Shown here one piece after another: positions 1 through 11,464 of a stretch of DNA of 64,000 bases. The position numbers and the translations under genes were made by a program. Within the stretch, counting starts at the first letter, position 1, and every line of letters begins with the position of its first letter. The DNA is taken from the NCBI RefSeq assembly GCF_006345805.1, contig NC_042997.1, positions 92,938,001 to 93,002,000 of the forward strand. The letters are read 5' to 3'. Below the pieces are notes generated by a model. The model saw nothing but the letters and a program-made list of their open reading frames with translations, had not been told where the DNA came from and ran no database searches. This DNA comes from Octopus sinensis. Its lineage: Eukaryota.

Positions 1-415
1 TCTAAACACCAATTATTGAAGGAGAGGATTGAAAAAAGTTCCGGCTTGTTTACATGCACCTAAAAATCTATTTTCCAAATATCATTAAAGATTCCTTAAT
101 TATTATTATTAAACAGTAGATTAGATATGTAATCTAAGAATCATTAAATATTTCGTAAATATTATTATTAAATAGAAGACTAGATATATTGGTAAATATC
201 TGATTTAGATATGTTCTCCAAAATTCTTTAAATATTTCTTTAATATTATTATTAATTAGAAAACTAGATATATTGGTAAATATCGGATTAGGTAAATACA
301 TTACTGTAATATAGATATTAGGATGCACTGTATTTAATTTTTAGAAATATATCATATAAATACCTACATTTATATTAAATGGTCGTTTCTAGATATACAC
401 ACACACACACACACA

Positions 416-480
<65 letters not shown>

Positions 481-599
481 GCAATTAAGGACAACTACTA
501 ATAAGGAAAACTTAACAAGAAATTGTCAGGTAGATAGCGTAAAAACCTCATAAGAGAAAAAATTTCGAAAATAATTATTTCTTATTGAACATATTAATC

Positions 600-647
600 A
601 GGCCTGCTGATGATTACGTAAGTATGAAATCACTGTGATACAGGTCT
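600..647 (+). ncRNA. Type I hammerhead ribozyme, copy 1
   Basis: AGGCCTG-CTGATGA-TTACGTAAGTAT-GAAA-TCACTGTGA-TA-CAGGTCT: 7-bp stem I, intact CUGAUGA/GAAA core, palindromic stem III, AUA cleavage triplet (after 640). Confidence 0.75.
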
Positions 648-1076
648 ATATTTTTAATGTCTTACTTTGAAAAATTGCATTCGGTGGGATTAGTAATATT
701 TTTGGTAGAAATGACTGATTGTCCCTCTTAGCGTTTGGCATGTATGTATAATGCCTTCTGGCATGTATGTATAATGCCCTCTATATATAAATTAATATGT
801 TCAATAAGAAATAATTATTTTCGAAATTTTTTCTCTTATGAGGTTTTTACGCTATCTACCTGACAATTTCTTGTTAAGTTTTCCTTATTAAGTAGTTGTC
901 CTTAATTGCTAAATTTTTATTCCGAAAAAACTTTTCCTCTCCCGAAATGCAATTCGTAAAAGTTTGCCATTATCCGGATGTAATATATGTAAACTCACCC
1001 ATGTGCTTCGTTCATGTTGATCAGTTAGCTGATCGGCTTAAGCGGGGCAGGGTCGTTGTTTATTTATAATACATTC

Positions 1077-1124
1077 AGGCCTGCTGATGATTACGTAAGT
1101 ATGAAATCACTGTGATACAGGTCT
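1077..1124 (+). ncRNA. Type I hammerhead ribozyme, copy 2
   Basis: Identical motif to 600-647, predicted cleavage after 1117. Stem I can extend via ACATT/AATGT across an internal loop. Confidence 0.75.
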
Positions 1125-1287
1125 ATATTTTTAAATGTCTTACTTTGAAAAATTGCATTCGGTGGGATTAGTAATATTTTTGGTAGAAATGACTGATTGT
1201 CCCTCTTAGCGTTTGGCATGTATGTATAATGCCTTCTGGCATGTATGTATAATGCCTTCTGGCATGTATGTATAATGCCCTCTATAT

Positions 1288-1338
<51 letters not shown>

Positions 1339-1453
1339 ATACTCGTTAATTTATTATTTCAGTTAATAGAAATAAAGTATATTCTACCTTAATACATAAA
1401 ATTCTGATATAAGCATAATATTGCATTTTAAACATTTAATATATATATTAAAT

Positions 1454-1744
1454 GGCCCAGTGGTTAGGGCAGTGGACTCGCGGTCGTAGGATCGCGGTTT
1501 CGATCCCTAGACCGGGCGTTGTGAGTGTTTATTGAGCGAAAACACCTAAAGCTCCACGAGGCTCCTGCAGGGGGGGGGGTCCCTGCTGTACTCTTTCGCC
1601 ACAGCTTTCTCTCACTCTTTCTTCTGTTGGCCTGCTCGCTTAGCCAGTGGGGTGGCGTCATTTGAAGGCTTAAACAAAGCAAAGCGCATTGTGACCAGCA
1701 ATGTGTAGCAACATCTGATAGCCTGGTCGGTCACGTGACGTGAT
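1454..1744 (+). mobile_element. tRNA-derived SINE (family A) with RTE-like 3' tail
   Basis: tRNA-like head GGCCCAGTGGTTAGGGC...GGTTTCGATCCC. Head and body are shared with 34819-35203 and 55041-55232. The tail resembles the LINE 3' end at 56871-56920. Confidence 0.8.
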
Positions 1745-1745
1745 G

Positions 1746-1778
<33 letters not shown>

Positions 1779-2214
1779 AAGATTAATTTATTTAATTTTA
1801 TCGAGATGTATTACAAAATAGATGGAATTTATTATAAGTAAATAGTATAACCACTAACATTTATTAATTTGATTTTAAATAAACTTATATAAACTTCTTA
1901 TAGATATTTTATCGGGCTTACAAGACTATAAAATATTTCGTTTGTTTTTTTGCTTTAAGTAAGCATTGCTCAATGACGTAATACACTTAATACATATCAG
2001 GGAGAAACGTAATGTGCAATTTCCCAGTATATAAATAAGTGATCTACAAGCTATGAATTCTAAATTTTTTAATATTTTCTGTTATAATATAAAATATAGA
2101 TTATTATTTTATTTTTACTTCATTTTTTATTCTCTTTATTCCCTTATTTTGCCTCTTTTTAAAACTGATCTAGAATTATATACAACTATATATAGCCTAA
2201 GTATATTTTACAAG

Positions 2215-3265
2215 AGGCTTAATCACAATGTATATATGTATATATTGTGATAAAATATGTCTCTTTACTAATGCGCTGACTACAGGTTGCATCGTCCCTG
2301 AATTTATAGAGGAGGGGTTGTTTGTTAGTGGCGCAAATGTTGATGTGTTCGCTGAATGCTATTTTTCTGTATTCCCGAATGTTGATCTGGGATCTATGTA
2401 GAGCCATTCTTTGACATAGACTATTTTGGTTTGGTCAATGTATTGCTCTTGACACCCAGAGCAAGCTAATACATATAATAGGTTCTTCGAAGCACATGTG
2501 ACATTTTTCACTATAAAACGTTGACCGTTTGAAAAAACCGATCCCTTAATTAGGTTGACGCATATACCACAGTTAGGTCTTCCCCATTTTTTTACTGACG
2601 GCTTCAGTGTTGTTGTCGAGTGTACTTGGACTTAGTTAGGAAACGACTTTTCATAGATTTGGGCTGTCTTATGCTCTTTATGATGGTGTACGTTTGGAGC
2701 ATTAACTTCATTCTGTTGTCCGTTTTTAGTAGGATTAAATTCATTCTGTGGTCCGTTTTGTTAAGGGGGTTGTATGTGGAGTTGTATGGTAGGGGATTTT
2801 GGTTGTGAATCCTTCTTTAGTTTGGGATGTCTGAGTTCGTGGATGTTGAGTTGTAGGGAAGGTTGAAGGCCTATATCAATTAGTCATGGTGGGTAGTTCC
2901 TGGTAATGAGTGTATCCTTTAGCTCATGTAGTCGTGTGTCTCTGGTGCTTGTATTAGAAACTACAGTACAAACCCTTTTTTCTATGTTGAAAGGAATATT
3001 CATTCTAGTGTGTCTGGGGTGGCATGAGTTGAACGGTAGATATTACTTGGAGTCCATGGGCGTATAGTATATATCTGCTTCTATTTTGTTGCTGGATTTG
3101 TTAATGAGGATGTCGACAAGTGGAAGTTGTTGATGGATACATTCCATCGTAAATTTAAAGTTTATGTCAAGTCCATTTATAAGTGCTTGAAATTCTTTAA
3201 GTCTCCCTATACTTTCATGCCCAATAATGAAACAGTCATCCATATACCTCTTCCAGTTGTTTTCT
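2215..3265 (-). mobile_element. Penelope-like element remnant: RT C-terminus and GIY-YIG endonuclease (pseudogenised)
   Basis: WKRYMDDCF (RT YxDD), YLPFNSCHPRHTRMNIPF thumb motif, NLLYVLACSGCQEQYIDQTK (GIY-YIG-like), then MALHRSQI...KETYFI. Contains stops and frameshifts and is 5'-truncated at a (TA)n tract. Confidence 0.85.
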
Positions 3266-3351
3266 ATATATGCATATGTATATATACATATACATATGCT
3301 TATGTACATATATATATATGTATATATACACATATATATATGTGTGTATAT

Positions 3352-3386
<35 letters not shown>

Positions 3387-3670
3387 GCATATATACATAT
3401 ACATATATATACACACACATACATATATATGTATATATACATATATACACACACATATAAATATACATATATATATACATACATGTATACATATATATAT
3501 ATATATATACATATAAATCTATATATATACATTATATATATACATATACATCCATACATGTACATGCATACATATACGTCTTTACATATACATCTACATA
3601 TATACATATACATATATATATATATGTATACACATACATAATATCTATATATATGCATGTATATATGTGA
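3266..3670. repeat. Compound (TA)n/(TACA)n microsatellite
   Basis: Directly visible low-complexity tract. Confidence 0.95.
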
Positions 3671-3869
3671 GATAATGATAATAGTTTCACTTTTATTAGT
3701 TTCAGTATTAATAGTGATCTCACGTTACAATACACGTAATACTGAAACGAGATTGCTCCACGCTCGCATTATACAAGAAGTTGAAAAATTTTTTGGCTCA
3801 TGACACTCAGTTATATATATATATGTATGCATGTATGTATGTATGTATGTATGTATGTATGTATGTATG

Positions 3870-3911
<42 letters not shown>

Positions 3912-4445
3912 TATTTTGACTCCAAAATTTACAGGGACATGTAAAATGAGGTGAGGATGCGAGTGGGCTAGGTTAGAAATCCCTATCTTAAAAGGTGTCG
4001 TTGCTAGGGCCAAAAACGCACTTTGACAAGTCTACTCTCATTCTTTTATGTATCTGTCTTCCTCCATCACTCACTGTCTTTCCTCCCTTCCCTTCACATT
4101 CTATATATAACGTCGTTTCACAGCGTCTAACTCCCTTCCCTTATCTGATTCATAATATTTGTTCTCATGATTGTGTGGTGGTGGTGGCGATGATAATTCT
4201 CTCTATGAATGCAGACAGACGTAGAGAGAGAGAGTGTGTGTGTGTGAAAGCGCTGTCGCACACACACACAGAGGCACACGCACATATACACACGCATGCA
4301 TGGACGCGCGCGCTTGCACTCACACACGCACACACGCACACACACACATGCACACACGCATACACACACACAGGATGTCAGACTCGTTACCCGAAGACTG
4401 AGAAAGACAGTCATACATGAGGGAACAATAAAACTTAAATTACAT

Positions 4446-4857
4446 AGGCGTAGGAGTGGCTGTGTGGTAAGTAGCTTGCTTACCAACCACACGGTTCTGG
4501 GTTCAGTCCCACTGCGTGGCACCTTGGGCAAGTGTCTTCAACTGTAGCCTCGGGCCGAACAAAGCCTTGTGAGTGCATTTGGTTGACGGAAACTAAGAAG
4601 CCCATCGTATGTAAGTATGTGTGTGTTTGTCCCCCACCATCGCTTGACAAAAAGAAGCCCATCGTATGTATGTATGTGTGTGTTTGTCCCCCACCATCGC
4701 TTGACAACCGATGGTGGTGTGTTGACGGTTCGGCAAAAGTGACCGATAGAATAAGTACTAGGCTTACAAAGAATCAGACCTGGGGTTGATTTGCGCGACT
4801 AAAGGCGGTGCTGCAGCATGGCCACAGTCAAATGATTGAAACAAGTAAAAGAGTAGA
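4446..4857 (+). mobile_element. tRNA-derived SINE (family B), near full length, with an internal ~48-bp duplication
   Basis: TGGCTGTGTGGTAAGTAGCTTGC...GGGTTCAGTCCC head. Related pieces at 16865-17090, 31305-31452, 56680-56850, 57688-57846 and 63961-64000. Confidence 0.8.
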
Positions 4858-5404
4858 GAAGAAAAAAAAAATTTACAAATTGCTTCTGCTGAGGATGCGC
4901 AAGCGTGTTGCACGCGCACGTGTGTACGTGTGTATGTAAGTATGTCTGTGACAGTGTGCTTGTGTGTGGGTGTTGGTGCGGGGGGGCGGTGAGTTCGCGC
5001 GCGCGTGCGTGAATTGCGTTGTGTGCCCATGCACTGGACTTAAATGTTCTACTTTATTAGGAAAGTAAGTTTCTGATAACAAATTCCTAACCAAAAGCTC
5101 TTAATTGATTTGCTTGAAGGGATAAGAAACAAAACCACTGTGTTCAACAACGGAAATATGATTTTACAAGCTTATTCAGACAATAGTTTAAGTAAGGAAG
5201 AAACCCATTTTCCAAGTAGTCTCGTTTAATCAATACTCCGTAATGCTGCTGCTGCTTTCTGCCGCGCTGCTGCTAATGGTGCTGCTGTTCTTAATGCTGC
5301 ATACGCTGCGACCGTCGTCTTTGTTATTGCTTCTATTACGGCTGCTGTTATTACTGCTGCTATTCATAGAATTAGAATTTTTTACTGTATGTTAGTAAAG
5401 ATGT

Positions 5405-6120
5405 ATTAATGTATGCATGCATGTATGCACGTGTGTATGGATGTATGTATGCCTTATGTATGCATTTATGCATGTGTGTATGTATGCATATATATTTATA
5501 TACGTATATATGTGTGCATACATGCAGGCATACATGTATGTATGCCTGTATGCATGTATGTTTGTATGTATGTATGCATGTATGTATGCATGAATGTATT
5601 TATGTATGTATGTATGTATGTATGCATATATATTCATGTACGTATATACGTGTGCATGCATGCATGCAGGCATACTTGTATGTATGCCTGTATGTATGTA
5701 TGTTTGTATGTATGTTTGTATGTATGTATGTATGCATGAATGTATGTATGTGTGTGCTTGTATGTATGCATATATATTTATGTCTGCATATATGTGTGTA
5801 CATGCATGCATGTACGTATGAATGTATGTATGTATGTATGTATATTTGTATTATGTATGTATGTATGTATGTATGTATGCATATATATTCATGTACGTAT
5901 ATACGTGTGCATGCATGCATGCAGGCATACTTGTATGTATGCCTGTATGTATGTATGTTTGTATGTATGTTTGTATGTATGTATGTATGCATGAATGTAT
6001 GTATGTGTGTGCTTGTATGTATGCATATATATTTATGTCTGCATATATGTGTGTACATGCATGCATGTACGTATGAATGTATGTATGTATATTTGTATTA
6101 TGTATGTATGTATGTATGTA
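5405..6120. repeat. Compound (TATG)n microsatellite containing a ~258-bp tandem duplication
   Basis: The block from about 5594 recurs from about 5852, and the ORF track shows the same repeated peptides. Confidence 0.9.
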
Positions 6121-6610
6121 TAAAAAGCATACTCAGATTAAACCTTAAATGTATACATGTTTACAAAACATTTTGCAGCGATCGAATGTGGATCAAATTA
6201 AATTCTGTGAATACAGTTGTTAAATTTACCGGGGTCTGGTTTGATACTTAAGTTTATACGAACATTGGCTGGTTACTTAAGTATGGTGTGTTTCGTATCT
6301 CTAGCAACCACATTGTCAAAGTTGACTGAAATGTAGGGGAATAAATAGGACGTTGATGTGATGTGAGGGTTCTTCATGGATTGTAATATTGGCTGAATGC
6401 GTATCGGTTCGCTTGGCACACTGAGATAAATTTTAACTATAAAACAAGCGTAAATAACCAGAGTAGATATCACCTCATTAATGAAACCAGTGGGAATATT
6501 TCGGGATGATGGGAAGCGTTCCGATTATCCTGCTCTATCCCGTTGCGCTATAGCTAGATACTTCAGACTACACTGTTAGAGATTCATTTGCATTATCACA
6601 CGGGCTAAAT

Positions 6611-6961
6611 CAGTGGTTCTCATCCAGGGTCTATATGGTCCCTGAGGGTCCGTATAAGATTTTTGGAGGCCCACCCTAACTAAATAGTAAATTGGGTTTT
6701 CAAAAGTATTTTAAAGGCCCCTGAAAAAATTTTGCTTTAGATGTATGTATTGGCAAGTATTGCAAGAAACAGTTAGGTTTTTTTCTCTCGCATTTTTCGT
6801 ATATAGCTCAACCTACACAAATTAGTGTGTGAAAAACAAGATATGGAATTTTGAAAGAAGGTTCTGTAAAACTAGTTTTTAAACTTCGAATGACTACGGG
6901 GATCCAACAGAATAAAATAATCAAAAAGTGTCCATAGATAACAAATGGTTGAGAACCCTTG
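6611..6961. mobile_element. hAT-family MITE
   Basis: TIRs CAGTGGTTCTCATCC / GGTTGAGAACCCTTG. Perfect 8-bp TSD GGCTAAAT (6603-6610, 6962-6969). Confidence 0.85.
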
Positions 6962-7819
6962 GGCTAAATGATGAAGGCGAGGTGGCGCCATTGCTTCCAA
7001 CGCAAAAAGAATAAAGTCCTGAAATATCGTAATTTGCTGGTGAATCACATTGTTCAACCACTGGCATTGGAGATGTGGAGGGGAAGTGGGCCGCTGACTG
7101 CAAAGTTATCATCGCTGCCAACTCGTCGTAAGGGAACGAACTTGGCTGTTGCAACGTTTCAAGCTCACGATTATCTGTGGTAATACTACAATTGTTTTTG
7201 AATCGCTTTAGACATTCTTTTAGAAAAATACACTAGATTAGTTTTATATGCCTTTTTGGCTAATTTTTATTGGTTATTTATTTTTGCAAACTATCGCTAG
7301 CCTAAACGCAAGCGAGCAGGCACGTGCGCGCACGCGCACACACACACACACACGTACACTCACGCACACACACATGCACGCATGGATATATTTAAGATTT
7401 AATCTGATATATCTGATCGATTAGCTACGCTAATACGAAAGCAAAAGGAAATACTAGTAAACTATATTTTTAAACATCTAAATATCAATTAGGATATGAA
7501 CTTCCTATTAAACAATTTATTCCTCGTTATAAAGACAAAATTTCTATACAAGAATTTTCTAAGTTCAATTCCATCGTGGTTGACTTTGCTTTTTATCCAT
7601 TCGGGTCGACAAAAATAAGCACCAGTTGAATACTGGAGTCGATGTAAACGACTTACCATTCCCCTAAAAATTGCTGGCCCTGTGCCAGAATTTGAAACCA
7701 ATATGTATCACATATGATGCCTGGATACCAGGGAAATATGTGTCTCACATGTGATACACAAGACATGCAGAGAGTAATCTAACCACAAAACCAAGTGGTG
7801 TAAGTTAGCTTCAGCATAT

Positions 7820-8220
7820 TATTGGAATCATTCCAGGTATTTTTCATGGTGTAGAAACATGGAACCTGACAAAATATCGAACAAAGCAAATCAAGAAAAC
7901 CTCAATATGCTCACAAACGCTTTATGCTTAGAATAATGGACGATAAAAGACGATAAAGTATAAAACAATGAAATGGATAAAAATAAAATAAATTGATTAG
8001 ATCACATTTTCATTTTCATAAAATCATTGAAACAAAGTTGAGCTGTACACCTCCAGAGGACAAGTGACCACAGATGGAAGAAAAAAACTGAGATATGGAG
8101 AGACCGCAGTAGCTAACAACAAACATAATGGAAGAAAGAATTAGATAATTTGACGAAAATTACAGATTGGACGCTTAAAGTCGAAGGTTATGAAGTCAAA
8201 GGGAAAAAGACTTTAACCAA
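7820..8220 (+). mobile_element. Degenerate RTE-type LINE 3' fragment
   Basis: IPGIFHGVETWNLTK resembles the LYGxETW motif, followed by AHKRFMLRIM after a frameshift. Heavily decayed. Confidence 0.5.
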
Positions 8221-9004
8221 CAGTGGAAGAACATTCACTGATTTGATGGATACATGATGTTGGTATTTATTTATTGATTCTGGAGGAACGAAAGTCAACT
8301 GCAGAGAAACTTGAATACAAATTACTAATGTATGGAAACTTTGATGTCCTAACTTTGATGTCCTAACTGTCATTTTCACCGTTAACTCATCATTTTTCTG
8401 CTGTCCTTACAATTATTACAATAATGGGCGAATTATAGACGAACGAATAATTTAGTTTAATATACTAAAAGCAAGATCTCGATGGACTTAAAAATTTGAG
8501 CAATGAAATGCTGAACTAGATGCCGTAAAATATCTTTATTCGTCCATTATGCACCAATCTTTATTACATCTTGATTACAGCTTTAAGGCGGTGAGTTGGC
8601 AGAATCGTGACTGCACCAAACAAAATGCTTAACGGAAGTTTCTTCGGCTCTTTACGTTATGAGGTCAAATGCCGCCAAGATGGTCTTTGCTTTTCATCCT
8701 TTCGGGGTCGATAAAGTAAGTTCCGGTTTGGCACTGGGGTTGATGTAATCGATTAGCCCCCTCGGCCAAAATCTCGAGCCTTGTACCCACAGTAGAATCA
8801 AGAAGAAAGAATTACGACATAATTTAAATATGAATCGCTCTTAAATATAACTTGCAATATAATCTACATCTGAGCTACTCTTAATTATAGCTAACAATAC
8901 AATTTAACTATTTGTTGTTTTCTGATCAACGAAGGAGGAATTAAAGCCTTTCATTATTGAGCTTCGTTGCAAGGTGCAAATTTTAGCAAATCTTCAAATT
9001 ATTA

Positions 9005-9295
9005 ATAAGTCTACTGGCACTCGATTACAACGATGAGTGTTCCAGTTGATCCAATCAACGGAACAGCCTGTTCGTGAAATTAACTTGCAAGTGGCTGAGC
9101 ACTCCACAGACACGCGTAGCCATAACGTAGTTCTCATAGAGATTAGCGTGACACATGTGCAACTCATTTTTGCTAACTGATTGGACTGGAGTAACGTAAA
9201 ATGAAATGTTTTGCTCAAGAACACAACGTGCTGCCGGGTATCGAACTCGCAACCTTACGATCGTGAGCCGAATACCCCTAACCTCTAAGCCAGGC
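9005..9295 (-). mobile_element. tRNA-derived SINE (family D head) sharing its 3' module with 34819-35203
   Basis: tRNA-like head near 9230-9295. Block GATCCAATCAACGGAACAGCCTG...CACTCCACAGACAC is shared with 34855-34930. Confidence 0.7.
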
Positions 9296-9789
9296 ACCTT
9301 CACTAATAAAGCTACCAGTGACTCAAAAGGAATACTCTGTACAGTCAAGCCATTCCAACAGAATACAACAAATAAACACGACACACAATATCATAATATA
9401 TATAGAAGTTAGCAACCGTTCCTAACATCACTATAGTGAGCGACTATAATTAAGCGGTCAATACTGGTTGATACAGCATGACGTCACTTCCATGATTCAG
9501 CAGTCAACTGAAAAACGTAGTATTAATGTCTAGTTTACGGAAATTTCCACTCGGAGATCTTTTTAAAATACCTCACTAATAAATACCTCATTTGTATATC
9601 TGTTATTTTGACGTTTTATTCTTTTGAAGTGAGATGTGAGTCATCTGTTTTTCTCAAAATGAAATTTCGTGAAGAGAAATGGTATTTATAATCATTTGTT
9701 AATCGTGTTTTCTCCAACTTCATGTAGATGGTATGTAACTAATTACGTATCGATTAAAACATCATACTGAATTGGGCAGATAGATTTTG

Positions 9790-10160
<371 letters not shown>

Positions 10161-10530
10161 CTTTTCCGCCTCTCTCCTCTCTCACTCTCTCTTTACTCTA
10201 TTTCTCTCCATTCGCTCTCCAACTGAGACAGCCATGCATTTCCTGTATAGCAAGGCATCTATTTCTGTCTTTCTATTCATAATCTAACTTCTTGTCACCT
10301 GACTCAACGCCACCTTCCTCTATACTACTCCCACCCCACTTGAGGGCAATTGTTTTGTAAGTTACTTGGTACCCTTCCTGCTGCTGGTACCAAGTAAAAG
10401 TCACCCGGTACATTCTGTAAAGTGGTTGATGTTAGAAAGGGTATCCAACAGTAGAAACCGTACTAAAGTAGACAGTGGAGGTTGACGATAAATGATGATG
10501 ATGATGGTTATATTGCTGCTGCTGCTGATG

Positions 10531-10562
<32 letters not shown>

Positions 10563-10789
10563 GATATATATATATTATATATATATATATATATGTATGT
10601 ATATACATATGTATACATATATGTATATATATATGTATGTATGTGTGTGTATGTGTATATGTGTGTGTGTATGTGTGTCTGCATGTGTGTGTGTGTGTAA
10701 GAGTGAGAGAGTGAGAGAGAGAGAGTTTGTGTGTGTCAGTAGTAAGAAACTCTAAGGAGAGCTGAATAGCAGAAAGTCTTTAAAGAAGA

Positions 10790-11420
10790 AGCCTGCTCAT
10801 GCAAGTGTTTCAGCCCTTAACCTCTTAAACTCGGGATGAGGGGGAAACTTGCTTTTGATAAAAGTGAATAGAATAGAATGCCTGTTCTCATACCCCTCTT
10901 CTTAATTGCGACCGGGTGATTCTTCCATGCTGGAAGATGTGTTGTGCATTCCGACTCGTCCACTCCATCCAACAGTGTTCCAGATCCAGTCAGTACCTCT
11001 TTTTCAGGCTACAATTATTTCCTACCTGATGTGTAGAACACTAGTAGCGTTTCTGATGTCATTTTCTTCCCTTTCGTGGCACAAATCGCATGCAAAATCT
11101 CTTTAAGCACTTGATTGTGTCGCCGCGCGTACCTCCCCTGGCTTAGTGCCACTCTGTATGAACCACCGTTTGTTTGCTTTGGCAGAGTGGGTATGTAGGA
11201 TCCTCTGATTTTTCTTACTTCATCATGTTTGTATTTGAGAGCAGCAGGTCACATATGGACTCGAGGATGAAGGTGACTCTCAGAGAAGCCATATGTCATA
11301 TGAAAATCTAGCTATGACTTTTCAGGAGTGCACTCTATCAAGTTGTACATTGTCCTTATTGGCATTGTTGGACTACCTTCTGGATTCTTTTGGCATTCTC
11401 TTCTCCCTTCACTCCCTGAA
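10790..11420 (-). mobile_element. HERO-clade (restriction-like endonuclease) non-LTR retrotransposon remnant
   Basis: HMASLRVTFILESICDLL...SEDPTYPLC followed by VALSQGRYARRHNQVLKEI, matching recalled HERO motifs around the zinc knuckle. Many stops. Confidence 0.7.
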
Positions 11421-11464
11421 TTACCAGGTCCCTCTTAAACACAAACACAAGCACACATACTCAT

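Larger units (their letters stand above)
481..1293 (+). mobile_element. Non-coding Penelope-pLTR/retrozyme-like unit (layout A-B-A'-C-B) with two hammerhead ribozymes
   Basis: 481-598 is the reverse complement of 791-909. 599-790 is directly repeated at 1076-1293. Both repeats carry a hammerhead core, and (TA)n flanks the unit on both sides. Confidence 0.75.

Noticed and set aside
95-330. Degenerate AT-rich repeats encoding IFTNISS..NNNI twice
   Set aside because: Irregular spacing and low complexity, with no recognisable domain.
1454-1510. tRNA-like sequences here and at other SINE heads
   Set aside because: They run into SINE bodies and lack a complete cloverleaf and acceptor stem, so they are not tRNA genes.
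5235-5365. Ala-rich frame
   Set aside because: Degenerate (GCT)n triplet repeat with no splice support.
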